The translations under genes and the position numbers were made by a program. Of a stretch of DNA of 64,000 nucleotides, positions 12,055 through 24,900 are shown one piece after another. Position 1 is the stretch's first letter. Each line of letters begins with the position of its first letter. This DNA comes from Octopus bimaculoides (lineage: Eukaryota). The stretch lies in NCBI RefSeq assembly GCF_001194135.2, contig NC_069000.1, positions 29,846,214 through 29,910,213 of the forward strand, read 5' to 3'. The notes below the pieces were generated by a model that searched no databases, was not told the origin of the DNA, and saw only the letters and a list, made by a program, of their open reading frames with translations.

Positions 12055-15000
12055 TGGAGTAATGAGTGATATGTTTTTTTCTTTGGAAAATACAAGGTGG
12101 GCCAAAGATTCAGTATACTCTACAATTGTCAAAGATGTGCTTCAATATTTCTAAAATTGAATGAAATAATGATGAATACACACATGTAAATGAATAATAA
12201 TAATAATAATAATAATTATAATAATAATGATAAATAAAATGTCAAATGTTTTGGTGCCTGACTTTTGGCCCATCCTGTATAATGTGTGAAGTGTCTTGTC
12301 TTTACATCATTTTATTCCATTTTGTTAACTTTATGAACCAATTTCAACCAACAGTGACCAATCATTAAATTCTTTAGACTATGATGATGATGAGGAGGAG
12401 GAAGATGATGGCACTGATGCTGGTTGTTATGGTAATCATCATTCTCATCATCTTACATCCACTTATCTGTGCTGGCATTGGTTGAATAGAATATCAGGCA
12501 GATGGGGTTTACAGCCAGATGGCCCTCTTGTTGCCTCTCCTGACACAGGTGTGCCTATCGTTAACTGGGATGGTAATGGTGATGATGTAGGTAACAAACA
12601 GTTGTGGTGGATACAATGATAATGGCAATTGTTGTGGTAGTTATAATAAAAACGTGTAGTTACCTGAGAGACGTGTCTGATAGGGCATCTGTATTATTGA
12701 GACTGCTACAAGAGTTGCTTTGTTTATTGCAGTCATTGACCTGTGTGTTGAAATCAGAGAAGAATGCTGACCATTATATGTTTATACATACATCTTCCTC
12801 ACACTTTCCTCATCTTGTTTTCAAATTTTGGCACAAGGCCAGCAATTTCAGGGAAGTGAGAGAGTCAATCACATTGACCCCAGTATTCAACTGGTACTTA
12901 TTTTATCGACCCCGAAAGGATAAAAGGCAAAGTCAACCTTGGTGACATTTAAACTCAGAACATAAAGACAGACAAAATGCTGCAAAGTATTTTGCCTAAC
13001 GTGCTAACCATTCAGCCAACTCGCCCCCTTACTTTTATATACCACATTAAAAGCTACTACCTCATATACTTACACCACGTTAAGCACACTAAGCACACAT
13101 GCCATGCACTCAGCATCAAACATTGTATTATACACATCACTGCAACATATACATACACCACACCCAAACCTCATACAACACTGTTTATGGCTTAAGTGAA
13201 GGCACATGGCTTAGTGGTTAGAGTATCCGGCTCATGATTGTAAGGTCATGAGTTTGATTCGTGGCAGTGCAGTGTGTCCTTAAACAAGACACTATTTCAT
13301 GTTACTCCAATCCACTCAGCTGGCAAAAGTGAGTTGTACTTGTAATTCAAAGGATCAACCTTGTCACATTTCGTGTGTTATGGCTGAATCTCCCTGAGAA
13401 CAACATTAAGGGTACACGTGTCTGAGGAGTGCTCAGCCACTTGCATGGTAATTTCACAATGGGGCTGTTCTGTTGATCGGATCAACTGGAACCTTTGTTG
13501 TTGTAAAAAGATGGGATGGGCATGGTAGGAATGCCATTGATCATAGGTATGCTTGATCAGAATTGACCTGGATTAAACAATAACACAAGCACCACCACCA
13601 CACAAACTAAACAATACCAACACTACAACTACACACACACACTGGAACAACAACTACATCATTAGAAGAAACCATAGTGTTAAGCAAGCTCCTTACCTGT
13701 TTATTGAAATATCTTGGTAATCTCCTGTTCCCTTCAGTTTGGCAGAATCTGGAAGTAATAAAATATTTCTTGATGGAAGAGTAGTTTTTCCATTTTGAAG
13801 GGTTTTTTTTTATTTAATAACTCTAAGAACCAACCACTACCACCATTAATCTCTAGCATCACCACTTACGTCAACTCTAGCTACCATCCACTACCTCCTC
13901 TGTATCTGTCAGTGTTGGCCATCAGTTGACAGCCATCACTGTAGGCTACCAGCACATGGTCTCTAGAATACAGGTTAGCAAAGTGTTATGGACATTTCCC
14001 ACAAATCATACTAAACATCTTTAAAAGTATGACAGTTTTTCGTGGTGGCAGTGACCCAATGCACTGGAGAATCCAGCACAGTGCACCAAAGAATTCATCA
14101 ATGAAACAACTTGGAGAAGTTGCAGTGCCTTGCTAAGGCCAGCACCATGTGTTGGAAAGCATGGAATACCATCATCATCAGAATCTGTCATCTAGTGGCA
14201 CCCACAGCAGTGTATTGGTTGAGAGGACAACCTCCCGCTCTGGTTGCCAGCTAGGGATTTTACTTACTAACAGACATACTAAGTCTGAGCAAAAGATGGC
14301 TGAAGCATCTTTTCTAAATGGCCTTTCGGTTGTCATTGTTGTCACCACCACCATCACTCCCTCATGCCTAATTGTTTCAAGGCAAATTAATATCAAGAAC
14401 TAAATAACACTACTTTGAAGAGATCATCAAAACTGCATGTTATTAAGCAAAAAAAAAAATCTCTCAACATTATATATGTCCAATAGACCAGAGTTAATTA
14501 GTCAAAAGTATGCCTCTAACAGACCAAACTCAATCTTCCACAGTTACTACCATACACCGTCATATAGTCCTCTACATTCTCTATTATATCACATGCACCA
14601 TGTGTAGTCAGTTCTCCATACATTACTATACACTTTCACATCTTACACCTCACATATTCCTCTATATTCAATGCCATGCACCACCATACATCTTAAACAC
14701 AGCTCATATTGTTTTCAAATTTTGATACAAGGCCAGCATTTTGGAGATGGGGTAAGTTGATTACATCAACCCCAGTGCCCAACTGGTACTTGTTTTATCC
14801 TCCCCAAAAGGATGAAAAGCAAAATCAACTTCAGCAGAATTTGAACTCAGAACATAAAGACAGATGAAATGCTTAACAGCATTTTATCTGGCATGCCAAC
14901 AGTTCTGCCAGTTTGTCACCTTGTACACACCTCTCTAATTGACCTCTATATTTAACCAAGGAAAACTTCTATAAGTTAATTTTGTATCTTCATATCCTGA

Positions 15001-18000
15001 GTTCATGATTAATTGGATGACTGAAGAAATGATTGTGTCTGAAGTTGAAAACCTATCCAACCTGTACCACTACAAATATCAGAAAACTGTAAGTGATCAA
15101 CTCTCCACAAAATAAAACAAACTTACCTGTTCCGGTTTCCTTCCTCCGTTTCTGAGAGACCATTATGGATCATCGACAGTTCATTCATGTTCGCTTGATG
15201 GCCCTTAAACACTCCAGCTGACATGGTGACAACACCTTGTAGGTGTGACTCATCCACAGAATGGTATTGAGATTCAGGAAGAGTTTGATCAGAACCGCTT
15301 AATGATAAATTAGTCAATGAGCTCTGGGAGTAGCGAGTGTAAGTTCGTGTATCAATGTCATTCTCCGAGTCAGTATGAATAACATCATCACAGCTATCAA
15401 CCTGGGTGTGATTTTCAGATTCATTGCTGGTGGCGTAGTCGTCAGTGAGAAGGTTTGGGATGGATGACTGAAGTTGCAGCCAGGTGTTTGGACTGAGTTC
15501 TGATGAGTTGTTCAAACTTTCATTCTGTCTATCAGAACTGACTGTCTCCTCGTCTTGGTGACACAGTAAATGAGGTTGATCCATCGATGAACTGAATCCA
15601 CTAACGATAGACGAACTGTCTTCATTAGTTTGATCCTCAGCTATTGAACTATTTGGGTCATCAGTTTCAGTAGGGGTTGTGCCTTCATCTTCATCGAGGG
15701 TATCTAACAGCATGTCAGTCTGGGCAATACAGTGGTTCACTTTCTTTTCCAGATATTTTACAGTAAAACTGACAGGAAGATATTTCAGATTGACCATGTC
15801 CATTATGTCTAGTTGTTCCTCTTCCCATTTCTTGAATTTCTTCTCCAGAGCTTGTTTCTGACTTTGGTTCTCCTTCTGACGTTGAGACAAATGTTTTGGC
15901 TGACTTTTGGCAGAAGATTTCTCTTTTGAGATCATCTTTGAATACTGTTGATTCAGTTTCATCACTGTATCAATATCATTGTTCTGGTTACAATCGACCA
16001 TCGAACTACCATCGTTACTCTTTTCAGTACCATAATACTCCACTCTGGCACCAACCTCATTTGCCACATCAGAAAATGATTTAGTCTCAAGGCCTTCACA
16101 TGTGAATTGAGTGTTTGGGGATTTTGACTGTGATGATTTATATGTAGGAAGGCTTAAACTTTTGTTAAATCTGTTTGGTTGTGGTCTGTCGGAAGGTGAA
16201 GTTAAATTAGAGAGTGTCCTATACTTTGGTCGGTCAGAAACAGAATTGGAACTGGAAGGTTGTTCCGTAGGGGAAGATTTCACAGATTTAGTTAACAGTT
16301 CAAGGTATTCGTCAGTAACACCGGACCGTCTTAAAGAAAGGCTGAGTTCCTCGTTATAATAATCTTCTATATTCTGATTGTCAGGATAATCAAAGGCATG
16401 TCTCGGATCATTATTGTAATCTAAAAGATTTGAAGAACCAAACTTATATCCTCTGGGTAGGGTGGCATATTGTTGGAATGGTGGTGGTTGTGGTTCCCAA
16501 GCTGTGTTTTCCTGGAAAAATGGTTGATTAGGGGAGTGACTCAGGCTACTGCGAGGAAGAGTATTGTGTCTATTTAATGGGAGCCTGACCCTGGACATGT
16601 CATTGGAAGCAATTGTCATTGACCGGAAGCGATGTCTAGGTCCAGCACCTTGTTGGCTAGCTACATCATGGTTCATGTAATTGTTTCCATAGGAATGACC
16701 AGAGAAATCCTGACAGGGAACATGAGCTCCTGGGGAAGAGTTTCTAAAGTTTGAATGTGGCCAGTTGGGATTCACATGGATATCATGAACAGTGGAGTCA
16801 AGGTTATACTCTGAGTAATTGATTATATCTTGCCAAGGTCGCTTATTGGCTGAAGGAGTTGTGTATTTCATACTGTGATAAAACCTATCAAAGTTACCAT
16901 TTGGTAAAGGAGATGACTGATTAAACTTGAACTGACGACTAAAATCAACATCATTCTTGTAAGGGGTCGAGTGAAAATGTTGAGCTGATCCAACAAGGTT
17001 AGGGTTCAAATCATTAGGAGACCTATGATGCTGACGAGATGCATTTGGTTCACTGGGACTATTGGATTGATATCTGTAACTAGGGTAATGTTGAGCTGGA
17101 GCCTGGCAATCTTCCCTGTAGTTGGGATGTCCCTGAGGGTGGTAGGTGAATGAGTCACACATATCTCCTTTAAAGGCGTCCAGGGTTGAAGAATTCGAAC
17201 CCAGAGTACTTGTGTCTTGCTTCAAAGGTAAATATAACCGTTTCTTCTGCTGGTGTAGTGAGGAATAAGAATTAGGGTTGGCATTCCTATTTATATGGAG
17301 TTCACTTGGCTGAGAATAATTACCGTTTGTGTAAGCCCTTTGCTCCTGGTTAACGATATTCTGCTGTGCTTGGGTCATGTTAGGAAAATATTCCCTGGAG
17401 TGGTTTTCTTTGTCAGAGATATAAGACTGTGGGTAGCCATTGTCTGGTGCACTTGGCACATTGGGCTTACACTCTGTTTGTGTTGAAGTGTTACATTTTA
17501 GATTATTATTAAATGATGTTGAACTGGTCTCAGAAGCTGGGCTTGGCAATGATGGATCAACAGTCAAATGCTTTGTTAAATTTTTTAAAAGATTGGTTGT
17601 TTCTAACATGAGAGCAGGCAATGAGTGTAATGTGCCAGACTCTGGAATTAAAAGAGGGATGTGGATTGGAAATGGCATGCGATTGGATGCTTGTGAGTCT
17701 TTCAAGATTTGGTCATGCGAAGGAATGGTGAAATCAGAAGCCAAGCTGGGTTGGTTTTCAGTTTGTGTTGCACATTCATTCTGGCTTGTTTGGATTCCAA
17801 CTGATATTAATTTTGGTTTATACTTCATTGATCTTTCATCTTCAATAGCTATTTCAGAGGAAAGACTTGGAGATACTGACCGATAACTGCTGGGAGATGT
17901 TGGGTAGTCTGCAGGTAAATCTGTAGTGGATGCTGACTTGGAGTGAGGAAGCACTGGAAATCGGTTACGCTTCCCTGAATGATGATATTGTGAAATATCA

Positions 18001-20042
18001 TCTTCAAATACTGATTCATCATCATCATCGTCATCATTTATAAAACTTGAATTGTGACCAACTCCCTTGATATTTTTAGACTTTACAACTGGTGCCTTCA
18101 TATATCTAAAAGTAGTGTCAGCACTATCATCTGTTGAAGACCAACCACTATTTGGGGCATGATATTTATATCTTCGTTGCAAGTTTTGTTCTTTTGCATC
18201 AACAAATTTTATCCGGGAAGACTTCTGACCTGCCATCTTAGTTGGACGAGACAAAAACTTTCGTTGAAAGTTTCCAACTCTTACATCATCATCTGACTTG
18301 AAATATAAATATCCATCATTGTCATCATTAATTCCAATTAAATCTGGCTCATTTATCACATCAGAATGGTGCCAATTATCATTGCCATGGCGACCACTGA
18401 AACCAGAATGAAGTGATGATATATCAGAGGGCAAGTCTCGCTCCAATTTCTCAAATTCTTCTTGGGAGTTCACCATACTGCCACCAGTCTGATATTGCCC
18501 CATATACAGTGAAGCAGAAGTCGGAGATGATGATGCACTGGATGAGTAAGAATCCTGCTTCATCTCTGTTAAAGTTGGATCAACAGTCTCAAATTCTGCA
18601 GCTGAGTCTTGGTGGGGGTTGCACGACTCAGCAGATTGGTTGGGAGTGTTTGCAAGAGTTTTACTTGGGTTTAGTCTCCCAGATTCTGGATATTTATTGA
18701 TCATTTCATCATTACTATGATTCTTACAAGTTGGCTGCAAATCTGAGATGGGTACTTTGGACAGCCACACATTTAAGCCATCAACTGAAATACTTCGTCC
18801 AATACTATATGGTCTTACTTTCAGCAGGGATCCAACAAAGCTACTTGAAGATTTACACCAAGGGAATAAGTCTAATGGTTTTGATGGTGTCATTGGGTTA
18901 TTATTGGCACACGATGTAAATTTATTCATTTCAGGTAGATCCAGATGAACTAGTCTATTAAAATTCCGATGGTTATGATGGTTATAATGATGATGAGGAT
19001 GGTGACTACAGAGCCAACTGGGAATATTTGATGGCTGTGGGGAAAGAGTGCCAGAATCTACATCTGTAAGGTCTGAACTAATTGCAGAATCACTCATACA
19101 TTTGGTCATATTCTTCAGCTTAGTCTCTCTCCTCAGACCATACAATCCTAAATTACAAGTGACCCACTCACCATTACTTGATCTTGAAGAGGGTGACCCA
19201 ACCACTGAAGAATTACAAGTCAAATGGCTGTGATCAGTAGGAGTCTTCTGGTGCGAGTCATCAATTGTATTGGTAGAATCTTTCACTTTACCATTTAATA
19301 CAACAGTTTCCTGCAAGTCAGTGCCTGTTTGCAAACACTGCTGACAGCCATCATGTAACATGCTTCTACTGTCTGATGCAAGTGTTCCCTTACTTTTTAG
19401 AAGACATGTTTCTTTAGAATGGTCGTGACTTGCTTTAATGCAAGAATTGGAATCAGATATTAGAGATTCCTTTCTGTCTATGCTGTAACTTGGATTGTCT
19501 TCCAACTCTGTTTTTCCAACATCAAGTGAATGAAGTAGTGAATCTTTGGCCAACTTTGAAGAACTCTTTGAGTTAGTCTCTGATCTTGGAATGTTTGAGT
19601 TTGAGGAAGAATGATTAAAAGCTGCTCCTGAGGATTTTTCTTTGGCCAGACCAGCAGTGTCAGCACAGAATGATTCTGTAGTGATCAAAGAATCAATTTG
19701 ATCTAAACCTTTGGTGGCAGGTAAAGTTTTACGGATTTTGGATATTTTGTAGTCAGTCGACTCAACATTGTAAAACACATTGGTCTCTTCTTCACTGACT
19801 TTCACAATGTATGTGAGAGGACAAGCTTTGCCAGCATGGTCATCACTGAACTCTGTCACTAACTCAGTTCTGGCAGAACAATGTGATAGTTTGGTTGTTT
19901 TATTTGGCAGAGACACATTGGAACCAGGATCTTGATCCAAGTAACTGCTTCTTTCCTCATGGCTGTGAGTGGAAATGATGGGTTTGGAATTTCTAACAAG
20001 TGACGAGTCATTTGACTCTTGAAGAGGATGGGTCATTGATGG

Positions 20043-20073
<31 letters not shown>

Positions 20074-21860
20074 AGACTTTGGCCAATCGGCTTTTTTTGA
20101 CATTTTGTATTGGGTACAGGTTTACATTTTGCTTCAACATTTTTGTTCTCGGGTGCTATTCTGACTGGAAGACAACTACCTACCTGGTTCTCACCTAGAT
20201 TACCTTCCAGATGACAACTATTGGATGCAAGACAAGATTCTTCAGGAGTGACTAAAGATTGGTCACTTGGTGCATTGACTAATCTGGAATTTAGAGCAAC
20301 TTTACTAGGTAAGTTTTCATTTTTGGTCCTTAATCTCATCTCAGAGCAGTCTCGTCCATGTAATGGTTCAGCCTTCTTTGTAGCAATTAAGTCAAAATCT
20401 GTTTGTTCACTCTTTCCAGAAACCATAGATTCTTTTGATCCTGTCAAATTCTTATCAAAATCTTTTTTAACATTTCCAGTTCTTTCAGAAGAAATAATGT
20501 GTGGTATATTTGATGACTTAGTTTGGCTCTGTTGACTTTTGCCAGATCTAGAGAGATCTACATTTCCAGTGTTTGGTAGAGGACTTTGGCTTTTAACACT
20601 GTCTACTTTTGAAGACTGTCTCTTTTTCATTTCACTGAGAACAAACTCAGAAAGTCTGTTAGACATGCAACCATTTTCAAAGACTTCTTCTGGCTGGTTC
20701 TGAGCTTTGCCTTCTGGCCTCACAGATTTCTTATCAGAAATTTTACAAAAAACTGTTTTATTTCCAAGTTTTATTTCAACAGTTTCTTCTGAGTCACTTT
20801 TTGGAACATTTTCAAGACAATCCTGATTGTCTACAACATTTTGACAACAGCCTGATTTTACATTACTTGGTTGTTTTGCTCCCTTGAGTTCAGAGCTGAT
20901 GGAATTTTGTGCAAAATTGGCTGGGTTAGGGCAAGAACCTTCCGCCACTGGATTAATTAAGTGGTGAGAAGGTAGTTCAGGAGAATCCTTTAAACCTAAT
21001 GATATGTTTTGCCCATGAATATCATCCAACTGAAAGAGGGTTTCTTGAGCGTTTCTACCTGAAGGAGATCTAGCTTCAGGTTTATCTGGAGATGAAGCCA
21101 TTTCCATTTCAACTACTGGACATGTTTCTTCAACTGACTGACCACAATATTGACCACTCACTGGCTTTAGGCTATCCACCTTAATATCAGGCTTAATAGT
21201 CACTTTATTTATACTACCTGGTTTTAAGTTGTCCATTTCAATGGCATCTTGCTTGGTGGGCAGTTTGCTTGTACAAACTTTGCGTATATCACCCAACTGA
21301 AGAATCTTCTTTGGAATCTGAGATATAAGGTTTGATGACTGAGCTGGAGAATGATGGCACTCAACTGAACCTTGAGCTGTTGAATGAGCCAGAGTATGAA
21401 GGCATTCAGTTGAGTTTTGATTTGATGGTTGATCTGAGCAGCACTGACCACCAAGTGTAGCTTGAGTATTTGAACCAGAACCGTTCACAGAATTCTTACC
21501 GCCAACTCTCCCACCACCAGGACTAACTTTACTGTTACGAGCATCAGATGTCAACTTTGGGGAAACACTTTCAGATTTATTCATGGATGAAGGCTCAGCC
21601 AAAACTTTGGTGCCCACCTTGAAGATAACTATACACACAAAATAAAGAAAAAGAAAGGAAAGAAACCCAGTTAAAACACTGTTCAAAACAATTAGTCTTT
21701 CTTTGAGAAAAAGAAATTATTTCTACATTGACATTTTTTACATGAGTACTAATAAGATAACTATAAGAAGTTACCTTGTTGGTCACTTGATCTGCTAGAA
21801 ATAGTAGCCTAAGACACCTCAATATATTAAAAAAAAAACATACTGGTCAATGTAGCCTTA

Positions 21861-21904
<44 letters not shown>

Positions 21905-24900
21905 ACGTGTTAATGTGAGATATATATATGTGTGTGTTTGAGAGACATGGTACACTGGCACTATCAGTTATGACAGTGAGGGTTCTGGTTGATCTAATCA
22001 ACCAAACAGCCAGCTTGTTAAATTAACGTGCAAGTGGTTGAGTACTCCACAAACACATGTACCCTGAATGTAGTTCTCAGGGAAAATCAGTGTGACACCA
22101 AATATGACAAGGCTGTCCCTTTGAAATACAAGTACTTCTCATTTTTATCAGCTGAGTGGAGCAATATGAAATAAAGCATATTCCTCAAGGGCACAATTTG
22201 CTGCTGATAATCAAACTCATGCTGCTCTTATGATTCTAAGTGAAATCTCCCAACCACTAAACTGCACACCCGCACATGTCACCTTAGTGTTATTATGAAA
22301 CATTGTGTATATGAAAGTAAGATACAGATAGCCAATCAGTATAAAGTAAAAACAATGGACTAACCCTCCTCACCCAAACAAGATACCAACAACACATTGT
22401 GTTCACTGACCTTGGGTAGATTCCTCTTTGACGTACTGCATAGGCTGGGTTTGACCGCTCCTTACATCAGCAAAATCTTTGTCACTAAAAGATTTGAATA
22501 AAAATAGCAAAAAAAAAGTTTTCTTTATTTAATATTTTATTTAGAATCCACAATGAAGGGGTTAAGGTACTGGTCAATTGACCTCATGGTCACACATTTG
22601 GTCTTTGTGGCACAATTCTAAATTTGCTCTGTGTGAGCAAAATAAACAGTGTTTAGCCGAGGAACTCTAATAGTACTGGGAACATTCTGAGCTGTCTCCT
22701 GTAATTGCTATAATTATTAAAATAATAGGCACAGGTGTAGTTGTGTGGTGAGAAGTTCACCTCCTAATCACAGAGTTCTTAGTTCAGTCCCAATGCATGG
22801 CACCTTGGGCAAGTGTCTTTTACTATAGCCTTGGGCCAACCAAAGCCTTGTGAATGGATTTCGTAAATGGAAACTGAAAGAAGCCAGTCATACATGTGTG
22901 TGTGTCCTGCCACCGCTTGGCAACTGGTGTTGGTGTGTTTACATCCCTGTAGCTTTGTCGTTCAGCAAAAGAGACTAATAGAATAAGTACTAGGCTTTAC
23001 AAAAGAAAAAAAGTACTGCAGTCAATTTATTTGACTATAATTCTTCAAGGCAGTACCCCAGCATGGCCACAGTCCAATGACAAGCAAATAAAAGATTAAA
23101 GATAATAGCTTCATTGAGTTTCTGTTGTTTTTTCTTATTAAATTTTTTAATTGGAAAATAAAAATTTTATTATTATTCTAAGTAATAATGTTAAAAATCT
23201 AGCCAATAATAGATTTGGTATTTTCTGCAAGTCATGTTGCCTCAATAAACTTGACATATTTCGAAAAAAAAATTTTTTACAAACATGACATTCCTCAACA
23301 AAAGACAGACTGCTATATAAAACTGCTTTCCGCAGTAAAAGAGTTAAATGTTAACATTAACATAACTAGAGTTTTTATCTGGACAGTAATTAATTTCAGT
23401 GATTATTTTAAAAGCTCTAACTCCTCTACATCATAATAGAGTTGTTAATTATACTGTGTAACACGGATTTTGTCCTTGGGTGGCAACTGTTATTTCCTAT
23501 TTGCTTACCCCTAGAAACTATAAAAAATGGCTAATATTTTCTTTGAACTTTGCTTTTCTTACATTTATTCAAACCCCAAAGAATCCTTCTCAATACATGG
23601 CTATGATGTCCCCCCACCTCAATACTCCTGCTCAGAGGTGCCCATATTGTCAGCTACAAAGGGACATGCTCAAGTGGTTATGGTCAAGCCATTGACAAAC
23701 AAATCTGTGGTATTCAGCAGGATATTTGCTATTACAATATTACTGCTGCAGTAACTCAACTCTGAATCTGTTTGAAATGTACAGGAAAATAAGTTAGGCT
23801 CAAAACATTGATGTCCAGGTCACAGAAGTAAAGTTTAAAGGGAATAGTAGTCTTTTACTTTGATTTCTAGATAGAAGCAAATAGGAAATAACACTTATTA
23901 ACCAAAGACAGAAAAAAGAAAAAAAAAAGAAAAAACATTTTGCTACACAGTGTTATAGAAACAAGTCCAACAAAAAGTGTCTGTGTTTGACAGTTCAGGA
24001 GTAATTTGACCAATTAATGAAGTTCATGCACAACCTTCATTGGATTTAATGAATTTATGATGATTAGTATGGAACAAGTGGTAAGATGAATGAGACTGGC
24101 ATACTAGTGTAAATTATCTAAGGTTGTTCTTGCTTTACTCCAGGTCAGTCCCAATTGAATAGATACATTCTAATTGTGATCACCCAGTTTTATTCTTAAT
24201 ACATGTAGGACTACATTATGCCATGTATTCTTTTTAAAGATTTTAAATCATTTGATGGAAATTTGGCTGCTATTTTTTCCAGTTGCAATTTTTCCAGCTG
24301 AAGTTGACTGAAGTAAGTAAAGTGGTTTGTCTTGTTTAAGATTTTACAACTAAGTCTTGTCAGTGTTGTTGACGAGCCAGAACTCAATTACAATGTTTTT
24401 TTAGAAAAAAATATGAAAATATATGCCTAAAATAAAACAAAACAGAAACATAAATTTATAAATATGTCACAAACTCACCATTTCTGAACAGAGTTGGGAT
24501 GTGATACCTGAGGGCCTGCATGAGAGGTAGAATCTGCAGTCTTTGTGGTCTGAGTGACAGGATTTACCTCATCAATAGTCTTATCCAAAGAATCATCAGA
24601 ATAATCACTGAGATGGTCCTCTGCAATATTTTTCTCGGATTCATTGAGCTGAATATTTTCTGGCAACACTTTACCATTTCTTGAAGGTGAGGAAACAGCC
24701 TGAGTTTGATTTTGTGGCTTATTGATAGCTCTGGCAGTAGATTTGTCTTTATTTAACTGACTACTTTCAGACTTTTTACACTTGAGGTTGGATGTCACTG
24801 ACTTAGACTGTGGGGCTTTTGAACAGCTGCTGCCGTTATGATGGCCAACAGGTTTAGACATTAATTCCTCTTCAGTTAACTTCTGACCCTTGGGCAAAGA

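Noticed and set aside
13198-13275. tRNA-like head
   Set aside because: No complete cloverleaf; continues into a SINE body, so not a tRNA gene.
13900-14403. ORFs 14149-14403 and 14178-14396, possibly an old LINE relic
   Set aside because: Could not anchor diagnostic RT or endonuclease motifs; not splice-compatible with the kinesin.
15679-21454. Short ORFs overlapping the giant exon on the opposite strand or in other frames
   Set aside because: Shadow ORFs of the long CDS; no independent signals.
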